A stretch of DNA of 64,000 bases from the human T2T-CHM13v2.0 reference genome, Homo sapiens. The notes under the pieces are model-generated. The model saw only the letters and a program-made list of their open reading frames with translations. It searched no databases and was not told the origin of the DNA. The translations under genes and the position numbers were made by a program. This document shows, in pieces, positions 49,402-64,000 of the stretch (its first letter is position 1; every line of letters begins with the position of its first letter). The stretch lies in the NCBI RefSeq assembly GCF_009914755.1, contig NC_060926.1; one strand, 5' to 3'.

Positions 49402-49676
49402 TATTATATATATCAGGATATATAATATATATTACATATAATTATATTTATATTATATATTATATAATTATTTTATATTATAAAATAGTATATGATTTTA
49501 TATATTATATTTTATATAAATATAAATATATATTTTATATTAGCATATGATATATTATATGTTTTATGTTATATTAATATATAATATATACTTTTGTTGT
49601 ACTTTATAATATATTTTATTATATATTATGTAACATATTATATATCCTTATTTATAAAATTAATATAAATAAATAT
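49402..49676. repeat. AT-rich (TA-derived) low-complexity tract
   Basis: ~270 bp of degenerate tatat/tataa units. Confidence 0.9.
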
Positions 49677-51689
49677 GACTCATATTCCTAAACAACTACT
49701 ACAATACTAGTTTCATTTAGCCTGTTAGGTATTACTTGCGTTTCAGTATTTTTATCACAACTTTTCATTGGTAATGGAAATAAAATTTTATGAAAATCAA
49801 ATACTTTGCAGGAAAAGACTGTGTTGGTAGTTACCCACGCTAGACAGCTGAGGATATTTCTAAGATTAATTATTGTGCTTAGAAAAATCTAGAAATGCCA
49901 ATCCAATATAGCATAGCCTGATATTAGCTTTACTTCAGTAGCCTTATTGATGTTTAATTTAGTGAAGCAATAAATTTATTTAAAAATGTGTTTCTGCCTG
50001 CATTTATTTCCAGCATCTGTTTTATGAAAATCTATTTAAAGAATTTTTAAAAATCACATAGTAAAGCATGCATTCGGTTGCACATTACCAATAATTTATA
50101 GGGAGGAAGATTACTTCAATAGTTGTTAAGACAAGAAAGACAGGCTAATTGCCACAAAACATGTCAATGTAATTGTTATTAATATTTCATATCCAATGTA
50201 AAAATAACTTGAACATAGACCATGCATATAAAATATAGTTACAATCTTTTTTGCAATGGTGCATATTTGAATACTACATTGCCAGCTTTTTCTTATTAAA
50301 TTAGCATGATTTTAGTGACAAATAAAATGAAAGGGGGAGTGTGAATAAGAAAATATGTAAATACGTAGATGGGGATTATCGCTTCTTTTGCTTTAATACT
50401 ATGTATTTATATTTTGTCTTGAATTAATTAGGAGAGCAAAGTGAATAGTGTGATTTGCTTAGAGGACAATGCTGCTACAAAAACCTGTTCCACTCCAAGG
50501 CCAACTGCAGTTTTGAGGTAAGTTATTAATAAATGAAATAAAAAGACAGAAGAGAACCTAATTTAAAAATTAAGAATAATAGGGAAAGAGGGAAATGTGT
50601 ATACTTGAGTTCAATTGGTCAGCTTACCATTTGCCATAATCCTCTTGTCATACTTTACTAGTGTCCAGCAAATAAATGTATAGAATTAATTAACTCACAG
50701 ATATTATTTTTTATCCTGATGCCCTTTCTGAACAACTCAAGAAGTAAAATCTCAAATACTTAGAAGGGAAGGTAGCGCTAGGGTGTAAGTTCTTAAGTGG
50801 ATCATTTGTTTTTTATAAGTACAACTTTACACTATTTTATGAGAAACTTTTGTACCAAATTCATATCTAATTTTATTCAATCATAAATTGCAGGGATCAT
50901 TACAGAAAAGTGTTTCTTATTAAAATCAATTCACTTTCTATTTTGAGGAAATTTTATTTTATTTGAATTAATGTATCAGTAGAGATTTTCATGAATTAAA
51001 AAGCAATTTAATGTTTCTTTTATCTACTTAGACTGAATAGTAAAATGTATTATATAAAGCCTTGCAACTTATTACTGACCATTGGTGTACCTGAAGTTAT
51101 ACTCCTCCACAGAAGTTTTGGTAATAATTCACAAGCGCGTAATGAGTAAGAATTGTTTCCTAGAAATAGACTGAGAGTTAGGCAACTGACATATTGATGG
51201 TAATGATTTAGTTAAGCTTGTCTTGCTTTATTGTATTAAAAGAAGGAAACCTTTAATACATGGCTCCTGGATAGAACTGCTTTTTACGTTTTCCTATGTA
51301 CTTAGAAATACAAAGCAAAGTTTAAAAGTAACCCTAGAAAGCAACAGCAATGGAGTTAAAGTTTTAAAGATAAAGAAGATGAATATAGCAGAAGCCTATT
51401 TTGTAGGATCGGTCTACTTAATAAGGAGGAATTTGTCTAAAATACAAAAGTTTAAGTGGTGACTAGGTTTTGAAAGGGCTTATCAATTTTGACTGGTGGA
51501 AACTTAAATATTCACTTGTTACTTTCTAATATGTGAGTCACCTTTCATTTTAGTAATATTTATTAACTATCTGTTATGTACCACATTCTAATTAAGGCAT
51601 TAGGATAAAACAGTAGACATAAAAATCCCAACTATCAAGGAGTATCCTATGAGGTAGACAGGGTACATGACTAAATTAAATAATGGTAA

Positions 51690-51870
51690 CAATAATAATA
51701 CAATATGATAACCAATGTTTCGGCCTAAGCACAAAGCACATATCAAATTATTTAACCTTCATACCAATACTATGAGGCAATTACTAATAGCATTTCTATC
51801 ATATAAATATGGAAACTGAAATATTCTGCTAAGTAATTTCCCCAAATCACATCCTAGTAAAATACAGATT
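51690..51870 (-). mobile_element. MIR fragment
   Basis: atttaaccttcataccaatactatgagg...aatatggaaactga...taagtaatttccccaaatcacatcctagtaa. Confidence 0.6.
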
Positions 51871-51939
51871 TGGTAAAGAGAAATATCACCACTGAAGGAT
51901 ACAGAGATAAGACATAAGTACATGAGAAGAGGTTCAACT

Positions 51940-54627
51940 CCAGTAGTTATTTACAGGAATGTAAAATGATACAGCTATTCTCAAAAACAACTTGGCAGTT
52001 TCTTAAAAACAAAACACGTAATTGGTGTAAAACCCAGCAATTGCACTCCTGGTAATTTATCCCAGAGAAATGAAAATCTGTACATGAATGTTGATAACAG
52101 CTTTATTAGTAATAGACAAAAACTGGAGACAACCCAGATGCTCTTCAACTGGTTAATTGTAAACAAATTGTGACACATCCATACCATGAAATACTATTCG
52201 GCAATACAAAGAAACAAAGTAGTAATACAGCAACCTGGATAAAATCCCTGGTGAATTGCATTGAGTTACAAAGATCAATTCCATAGGGTTACTACTGCCT
52301 GATTTTGTTTACATAACGTTCATGAAATAACAAATTTATAATGATGGAGAACAGATTAGTGGTTTCTGGGATTTAAGAATGGTGTGGAATAGTAAGAAAT
52401 AGGATGTGGTTATAAAGGGTAACGTGAGAGATCCTAGTTTTGATGGAAATGTTCTGTATCTTGACTATATCAATGACTATATCCTGGCACAGTGTTGCAA
52501 TTAGGAGATATCAATTGAAGGATATATGTAATCTCTATTATTTTCTACAATTTAACACAAATATTACAATTTTCTCAGAATAAAAAGTTTAAAATAGCAA
52601 AAGGATATAAAATATGTACCATGTTAAACTAATCAAAAGTAAGTCTGAAGAGTTTTTTTAATGAATGTCAGAAACTTAATTTAATAGTCAAAAAAATGTT
52701 ACCAGGGATAGAGAGTGTCATTTCATGAACATAAAATGGCTCATTCATCAAAAGGGCATAAAAATTCTAAACATTGATATACCTAATGGCATAATGTTAA
52801 CAATATAAAGAAAAACTTTTGAAATTAAAAGGAGAAAAAAACACATCAAAATCATTGTCAGTGATTTCAACACTCTCCTCTGATAAAACAGGTACACAGA
52901 ACTGATAAAACAGGTAGACAGAAAATCAGTAAGACTATAGAAAATTCAATCATTACTCTAAAAACAACAAACATGTCTATTGATACTTAAAAATCATACC
53001 ACCTAACAACAGAATACAACAGTAGAATACAGATTATTTTCCCATTATTTTCAAATGCCTTCATAATATTTATCAAGATAGAACATCTTCTTGGACATAA
53101 AACAAGACTACATAAACATAAAAGGATTCAAGTGATGCAATAATTAGAAATCAAGAAGAGAAAGATAACTAAAAGAGCTCTAAATATTTGGAATTTAAAT
53201 AAACTTTTAAATATAGGTCAAAGATGAAATTAAATCTAAATATCTAAGGTAATTTGAACTAAATATAAAAACACAACATGTCAAATTTTGTGGAATACCA
53301 CTAGATCACTATTTAGAGCTGTATGTAGAGCAGTAAATACCCAATAATACATAAAAAGAAAGGTCTTAAATCAGTGCGTAGTACTGACATAAATATACAA
53401 ATAAAAAAGATAAACAGAAGAGAACAGAGAGTCCACAAACAGATCCACACATATATGAACAACTGATTTATAACTCAGGTAAAAAAAAAAAAAAACAATT
53501 CAGTGGAGATTGGATTTTGTTTTCAAGAAATAATGACAGAAATCAATTATTTACCCACAAGCGTAAAAATAAAATACCTCACACCATTGATTAAAATTAA
53601 CTAAAAAATCATAGACCTACATATAAAACCTAAAATTACATCTAGAAGAACACACAGGAAAATAACCTCTGTAACCTTAAAATAAGAACTATTTTTGATA
53701 CAATATATAAGTGTGATTCATATTAGAACAAATGGATAAATTTATCTTCAATTTCATCCTTAAAGTTAGGAGAATAAAAGGCCAGCCACAGAGCAACAAA
53801 AACTATTTCTACTATATATATCTGGTGAAGGAATAATAATTAGAATATGTCTGGAACTCTTAAAATTCATTGATAGTAAGCTAACAACCCAATTAAAGGA
53901 CAAGGGCAAAAAACTTGAACAGCCACATTACCAGAGTAGGTGTACTTATTTGATGGCAAAGAAGCACGTGAAAAGACATAAGTACACATTAGTTATTAGA
54001 ACAAGGCAAATGACAACCACAATGAGATACCATTATAACGACTACACATCTATTAAAATGGCTAAAATTAAAGAGGCTGACTATACCAATGGTTGACAAG
54101 GGTGTGGAATGACGGAAACTCAAACATTGCTGCCAGGTATGTAAAAAGGAACAACAAATTTGGGAAACAGTTTGACAGTTTCTTAAAAAGTTAACCCTAC
54201 ACCTGCCATATGATTCACATACACCATACCAAATACTTATTACAAACATATTACTGTAATCATAATTTCATTTCTCTGAAATAATTATTTAGTATGGAAT
54301 ATGTAAATCATAAGGTTTATTCATAATTGTCTTGAAGACAACTCAAATGTTTATTAACAATTGAAACTGTGGTACATTCATGAAATCAAAAGCTACCCAG
54401 CACAAACTTAAAAAAGAATAAAATATTGATACAAACTACAACATGGATGAACCTGAAAAGAGTTATGTTGAGTGAAGTAATCCAGACAAAAAAGACAACA
54501 TACTGTGTGATTTCATTATGTAATATTCTAGTAACCTCAAACTAATCTGTATTGCCAGAAAGTTGGTCAGTGGTTTTCTGGAGATGAAAGCGAGTGTAGG
54601 AAAAAGTGAGAAAGAGAGATTAAAAAG
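51940..54627 (+). mobile_element. Patchwork of old sense-strand L1M fragments (3' end, then ORF2 pieces, then another 3' end); resumes at 55664-55800
   Basis: ttggcagtttcttaaaa...cccagcaattgcactcctgg; gtgatttcaacactctc; acaatgagataccatta; acaacatggatgaacctgaaaa. Confidence 0.65.
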
Positions 54628-54639
54628 AGGCAAGAAGAA

Positions 54640-55663
54640 AATATCAAAAATATATAAAAAATCCAAACAACTCAACAGTAAGAAAACACATAACCAACTT
54701 TTTAAATGGGCAAAGGAAATAAATATTTTTCAAAAGACTACATGGAAATGATTGACAGGTATATGAGAAAAATATTCATCATCACTAATCATCAGGGAAA
54801 TGCAAGTTGAAACAATAGTGAAATGTCACCGCACAGCTGTTAGAATGGCTACTATCAAAAAGATTTTAAAAATAAACACTGGCATGGATGTGGAGCCCTT
54901 GTATACTGTTAGTGGGAAAGTAAGTCAGTAAAGCCATTATAGAAAATATTATGAAGATTTCTCAAAAAATTAATATCATCCGGCAATTCACCACTGCTGG
55001 TTATATCGAAAGATATGAACTCAGTATGTCAACAAGATATCTGTACTCCCATGTTCATTGCAGCATTATTCACAATAGCCAAGACATGAAATCACTCTGT
55101 GTCTATCAATGGATGAGGTATGAAGTACACACACATACACACACACCCACACACACACAATACTATTCTGCTTTTAAAAAGCTTTTTATATTTGTCCATG
55201 TCATTTACAACAACATAGACAAATATAGAGGAAATTATGCTAAGTAAAATAAGACACAGAAAGAGAAATACTGTAAAATCTAACTTATACAGAGGATCTA
55301 AAACAGTCAAACTTGTAGAAGCAGAGTAGACAAATGGTTACTAGAGGCTGGGGAATGAAAGAACTGGGGAGATGTTGGTCAAAGGATACAAAACTTCAGT
55401 TCAACAGAAGGAATAGATTCATGAGGTCTTTTGTACATCATGGAGATGATTATTAAAAACAATATATTGTCAATCTAAAACTTTCTAAGAGAGTATATTT
55501 TAAGTGTTCTCACCACAAAAAAATCATAAGTATAGGAGGTACTGTATATGTTAATTAGCTTGATTTCATAAGCCATTCTACAGTATATACATTTATCAAA
55601 ACATGTTGTCTACCAAAAATATATAGAATTTTTTATTGGTGAATTTTTTTAAATAAAAAGAAT
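54640..55663 (+). mobile_element. L1MA-like 3' element nested in the older L1M
   Basis: tcactaatcatcagggaaatgcaa...atgttggtcaaaggatacaaaa...taagtgttctcaccacaaaa...atgttaattagcttgatt. Degenerate TSD aggcaagaagaa (54628-54639) / aggcaagaggaa (55664-55675). Confidence 0.8.
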
Positions 55664-56482
55664 AGGCAAGAGGAATCTTTTTCCTTATCTTTATTGTGTA
55701 ATTGTTTCATATATATTTATATATTTTAAAACTTGTAAATTGTACACTTGAAATGCATGCAATTTGTTGCACATTAATTATGTATTCATAAATCAGTTAA
55801 CAAGACTGATCTAGTTTTAGACACATTTTCTAAAAATGAAATAGGCATTTTGAATGTAGACATTTTTTTCTTTCACTGTGCTTTATTGAGAAACATATAA
55901 AGCCTAAATTGTAAAGCGTATTTTTCAAAGGGAATTCAGGTGTACGTTCCCTTGCTTCCAGTAGCTTGAATGTTTAAACATCCCAGAACAGATGGCATTA
56001 AGCTCTCTGAATTGAAACCTCTAGAGCTAAAACTCCTCAAATTTTCTTGATCTGAAGGTCAGCATTGTGTACTTACATCTCTTCTTGTTTGTCTTATGCT
56101 CATTTGTTATACCTCAGTTCTCATTTTTTTAACTTCTGTATGAACTATTTAATTTTGCATGATAATAATTAAGCCAGCCTTTATTGTTCTTTACTTCTGG
56201 CTTACTTTTAACCTCAGTCACATTCAATTTTGCACAAGTCATAAAATCAATCATGTCATAAAACAAAATAATTTTAACATAGTAATGCATCAATTTGGAA
56301 ATGTGGGAAAGTGTTAGGTTTCTGAACTGTCAAAATTTCTGGTTTTCTTACTTTAACATTATATTCATTTAAGTTTATTACTTGAGTAAAATTTTTATTA
56401 TTTGTAATTGAGGTAAACACATTATTTCCTTATAGCATAAGTAATCTTTTTATTATAGTGTTTGCTGAGATTATATGGTAGG

Positions 56483-56909
56483 CATCTTTCTTTGTTTGTG
56501 TTGCTATAAAGGAATAATACTTGAGGCTGCGTAATTTATAAAGAAGAGAGGTTTATTTGGCTCATATTTCTACTGGCTGTACAAAAAAGCATGGCACTGA
56601 TATCTGCTTGTGCTGAGTGACACAGGCTACTTCCACTCATGGCAGAAGGCAAAAAGGAGCATGTGTGTGCACAGATTACATGGCAAGAGAGGAAACAAAA
56701 GTTAGAGTAAAGGTTCCAGCCTGTTTTTAACAACCAGCTCTAATGGGAACTAACAGAGCAAGAACTGACTCATACCCATTCCAGGGAGCGCATTAATCTA
56801 CCCATAAGGGATCCATTCCCACGACCTAAACAACTCCTATGAGGCCCCAACTGCAACACTGGAAATCAAATTTCAACTTGAGGTTTGAGGGAACCTTACA
56901 GCTACAGCA
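56483..56909 (-). mobile_element. MSTB-like MaLR solo LTR
   Basis: tgttgctataaaggaata...taatttataaagaagagaggtttatttggctca...catggcagaaggcaaa...aaatttcaacttgaggtttg. Imperfect TSD gtagg/gtaag. Confidence 0.85.
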
Positions 56910-57590
56910 GTAAGAATTTATATTTTAGGTAACTCATATTTCAAATAGTTTTCACAGAATCAAGTGCAAATCATTATATATGTACCATGATACATACAGC
57001 TTTATAATGAAGAGAGAAGCGTGACAGAAGTAAAAGTCTATAGTAACTTTATAAACAAGATAATATTTGACATTAATGTTTTCTGAACGATATCAATGCA
57101 GGTCTAAAGGAATGCAAGCTGTAATATTCTACTTAAATATATTTATAAGCAATAATTTTATTTTGTGAATTTTGTAAAATTTTGTATTTAAAATTATTTG
57201 ACATTCCTAGTATTTGTACAATATCATGGTTTTTAACCTTGTCCTTATTTATAAATTATTTAGTTCAGTAAAATTTTCTGACTTTGACTTACTTCCATCT
57301 AAAAATCCTCTAGATAAACATGCATAATAAAAAGGTTAACTAAGACTATCAACTTGAGGTTTTTTTTCACTTTATTTTTTTTTCATTATTATACTTTAAG
57401 TTCTAGGGTACATGTGCACAACAGGCAGTTTGTTACATATGTATACATGTGTCATGTTGGTGTGTTGCACCCATTAACTCGTTATTTACATTAGGTATTT
57501 CTCCTAATGCTATCCCTCCCAACTCCCCACACCCCACCACAGGCACCAGTCTGTGATGTTCCCTGCCCTGTGTCCAAGTGTTCTCATTGT

Positions 57591-61424
<3,834 letters not shown>

Positions 61425-61487
61425 TATGATGTTAGCTGGTTATTTTGCTCGTTAGTTGATGCAGTTTCTTCCTAGCATCGATGGTCT

Positions 61488-62513
61488 TTACAATTTGGCA
61501 TGTTTTTGCAGTGGCTGATACCGGTTGTTCCTTTCCATGTTTAGTGCTTCCTTCAGGAGCTCTCGAAAGGTAGGCCTGGTGGTGACAAAATCTCTCAGCA
61601 TTTGCTTGTCTGTAAAGTATTTTATTTCTCCTTCACTTATGAAGCTTAGTTTGGCTGGATATGAAATTCTGGGCTGAAAATTCTTTTCTTTAAGAATGTT
61701 GAATATTGGCCCCCACTCTCTTCTGGCTTTTAGAGTTTCTGCTGACAGATATGCTGTTAGTCTGACGGGCTTCCCTTTGTGGTTAACCTGACTTTTCTCT
61801 CTGGCTGCCCTTAACATTTTTTCCTTCATTTCAACCTTGGTGAATCTGAAAATTATGTGTCTTAGAGTTGCTCTTCTCAAGGAGTATCTTTGTGGTGTTC
61901 TCTGTATTTCCTGAATTTGAATGTTGGTCTGCCTTGCTAGGTTGGGGATGTTCTCCTGGATGATATCCTGAAGAACATTTTTCCAACTTGGTTCCATTCT
62001 CCCCGTCACTTTCTGGTACACCAATTAAACGGGATTTGGTCTTTTCATATAGTCCCGTATTTCTCAGAGGCTTTGTTCATATCTTTTTACTCTTTTTTCT
62101 CTAAACTTTTCTTCTCGCTTCGTTTCATTCACTTGATCTTCAATCACTGATACCCTTTCTTCCACTTGATCGAATTGGCTACTGAAGCTTGTGCCTGCGT
62201 CACGTAGTTCTCGTGACATGGTTTTCAGCTCCATCATGTTATTTAAGGTCTTCTCTGTGCTGTTTATTCTAGTTAGCCATTCATCTAATCTTTTTTCAAG
62301 GTTTTTAGCTTCTTTGTGTTGGGTTCGAACATCTTCATTTAGCTCAGAGAAGTTTGTTGTTACCGATCTTCTGAAGCCTTCTTCTCTCAGCTCGTCAAAG
62401 TCATTCTCCATCCAGCTTTGTTCCGTTGCTGGCGAAGAGCTGCGATCCTTTGGAGGAGAAGAGGTGCTCTGATTTTTAGAATTTTCAGGTCTTCTGCTCT
62501 GGTTTCTCCCCAT
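61488..62513 (-). pseudogene. Disrupted L1 ORF1
   Basis: MGRNQSRR...ENDFDELREEGFRR (62064-62513) and ...ARREWGPIF...YPAKLSF...PLQKHAKL (61488-62024), separated by a stop/frameshift. Confidence 0.93.
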
Positions 62514-63547
62514 CTGTGTGGTTTTATTTACCTTTGGTCTTTGATGATGGTGACCTACAAATGGGGTTTTGGTTTGGATGTCCTTTTTGTTGATATTGAT
62601 GCTATTCCTTTCTATTTGTTAGTTTTCCTTCTATTAGTCAGGACCCTCAGCTGCAGATCTTTTGGAGTTTGCTGGAGGTCCACTCCAGACCCTGTTTGCC
62701 TGGGTATCACCAGTGGAGGCTGCAGAACAGCAAATATTGCAGAACAGCAAATGTTGCTGCCTGATCCTTCCTCTGGAAGCTTTGTCTCAGAGGGGTACCT
62801 GGCTGTATGAGGTGTCAGTCTGCCCCTACTGGGAGGTTTCTCCCAGTTAGCCTACTCAGGGGTCAGGGACCCACTTGATGAGGCAGTCTGTCAATTCTTA
62901 GATCTCAAACTCCATACTGGGAGAACCACTACTCTCTTGAAAGCTGTCAGACAGGGGCGTTTAAGTCTGCAGAAGTTTCTGCTGCCTTTTGTTCAGCTAT
63001 GCCCTGCCCCCAGAAGTGGAGTCTACAGAAGCAGGCAGGCCTCGTTGAGCTGTGGTGGGCTCCACCTAGTTCTAGCTTTCTGGCTGTTTTCTTTACCTAG
63101 TCAAGCCTCAGCAATGGCAGACGTCCCTTCCCCAGCCTCGCTGCCGCCTCGCAGTTCGATCTCGGACTGCTGCACTAGCAGTGAGCAAGGCTCTGTGGGC
63201 ATGTGACCCACCAAGCCATGTGCAGGATATAATCTCCTGGTGTGCCATTTGCTAAGACCGTTGGAAAAACGCAGTATTAGGGCGGGAGTATCCTGATTTT
63301 CCAGGTACCATCTGTCACGGCTTCCCTTGGCTAGGAAAGGGAATTCCCCGACCCCTTGCACTTCCCAGATCAGGCGATGCCCCACACTGCTTCGGCTCAC
63401 ACTCTGTGGGCTGCACCCACTGTCCAACAAGTCCCAGTGAGATGAACCCGGTACCTCAATTGAAAATGCAGAAATCGCCTGTCTTCTGCGTCGCTCATGC
63501 TGGGAGCTGTAGACTGGAGCTGTTCCTATTCAGCTTTCATGGAACTG
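62514..63547 (-). promoter_or_regulatory. L1 5'UTR (internal sense promoter and antisense promoter region), CpG-decayed, YY1 motif mutated
   Basis: GC-rich L1PA 5'UTR. The YY1 core CAAGATGGCC reads CATGAAAGCT at 63541-63532. Confidence 0.75.
63114..63206 (+). pseudogene. Truncated L1 ORF0 (30 aa)
   Basis: MADVPSPASLPPRSSISDCCTSSEQGSVGM* resembles the ORF0 N-terminus (MAGAPPPASLPPCSLISDCC...); premature TGA at 63204-63206. Confidence 0.75.
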
Positions 63548-63604
63548 AGAGGAAGCAATTATTTTTGAGGTTTAAGTGACTGCTAGTAAAGTGTATCTTA
63601 CAGT

Positions 63605-63745
63605 GTGGGGGATGAGGTGGCAGGAGTGGACTGAGTCGCTGAGGCCCATCCACTGTCGGTGGTTGGCGTAGTCACCGCAGCACAGGAAGTACTGGAGGCC
63701 CGAGTAGTTGGGCTGCTCATAGAGCATCCAGTAGCCACTGTCCAC
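63605..63745 (-). pseudogene. CRYGGP: Gamma-crystallin (gammaD/E/F-type) exon-2 fragment, codons ~38-84; probably the crystallin gamma G pseudogene fragment
   Basis: Translates [47 protein letters not shown] versus recalled [52 protein letters not shown] (40/47). GC-rich island with no exon 1 or exon 3. The symbol is from memory of the isolated human exon-2 fragment. Confidence 0.85.
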
Positions 63746-63829
63746 CTCAACTTGAGGTTTTAACATAAACTTCCTAACTATCAAAGTAAGATATTTCTCA
63801 AGTAAACAAATAAATGAGCAAATGGGTGA

Positions 63830-63955
63830 ACGGGTCAATATGAGAATGCTAAAATGATACTAATTAGAATGCAGAAAAACAGGTTTGGATATGAAACAGT
63901 TGAAATTCTCATACATTGCTGGTGTGAATATAAAATGGTATGGCCATTTTAATAC
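63830..63955 (+). mobile_element. Old L1M fragment
   Basis: gaaattctcatacattgctggtgtgaatataaaatggtatggccatttt. Confidence 0.6.
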
Positions 63956-64000
63956 AGATGCAATTGTGGTTTTATATTTGTCCTTATTTATAAATGATCG

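Noticed and set aside
48660-50530. Isolated splice-like signals (ttctttcag at ~48689, gag/gtaagt at ~50517) suggesting lncRNA exons
   Set aside because: Such motifs are expected by chance, and no exon chain can be supported without transcript data.
56874-56887. Third TCAACTTGAGGTTT near the L1, as part of the TSD structure
   Set aside because: It lies inside the MST LTR and derives from its aaatttcaacatgag motif, so it is coincidental.
63565-63575. Inner TTGAGGTTTAA as the true right-hand TSD of the L1
   Set aside because: It matches only 9 bases of the left copy, against a perfect 15-bp match at 63747-63761. It would also leave the crystallin fragment with no insertion hallmarks. It remains a minor alternative until the empty site is checked.
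63572-63838. 88-aa ORF containing the crystallin peptide, as a functional gene
   Set aside because: Its N-terminal part comes from flank and TSD sequence. Only about one Greek-key motif is present, changes are CpG-decay type, and there is no exon 1, promoter or exon 3.

Overview
This is AT-rich, gene-poor primate genomic DNA, almost certainly human, because it carries an AluYb-lineage element with the 7-bp GCAGTCC duplication. There is no intact protein-coding gene, structural RNA gene or CRISPR array. The window is a layered record of transposons: old L1M, L2 and MIR; MER2, Tigger4, MER20 and MER5A DNA transposons; two MaLR solo LTRs; five Alus; and several L1PA insertions. All long ORFs are L1 ORF1/ORF2 remnants. 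The main observation is at the right end. A 141-bp gamma-crystallin exon-2 fragment (63605-63745, minus strand; probably the known CRYGGP fragment) lies inside the 15-bp target-site duplication of a full-length L1PA5/6 (TCAACTTGAGGTTTT at 57349-57363 and 63747-63761). It ends at the exon-2 splice boundary and joins the L1 through a 57-bp unique linker. This points to L1 5' transduction of a spliced crystallin-L1 chimeric RNA. Other observations are a candidate 37-bp mitochondrial 16S micro-insertion inside an L1, a tail-to-tail L1 pair forming a ~0.5-kb inverted repeat, and a twin-primed L1. Subfamily names, reference sequences and the locus identity come from my memory of consensus sequences and need RepeatMasker/BLAT confirmation.
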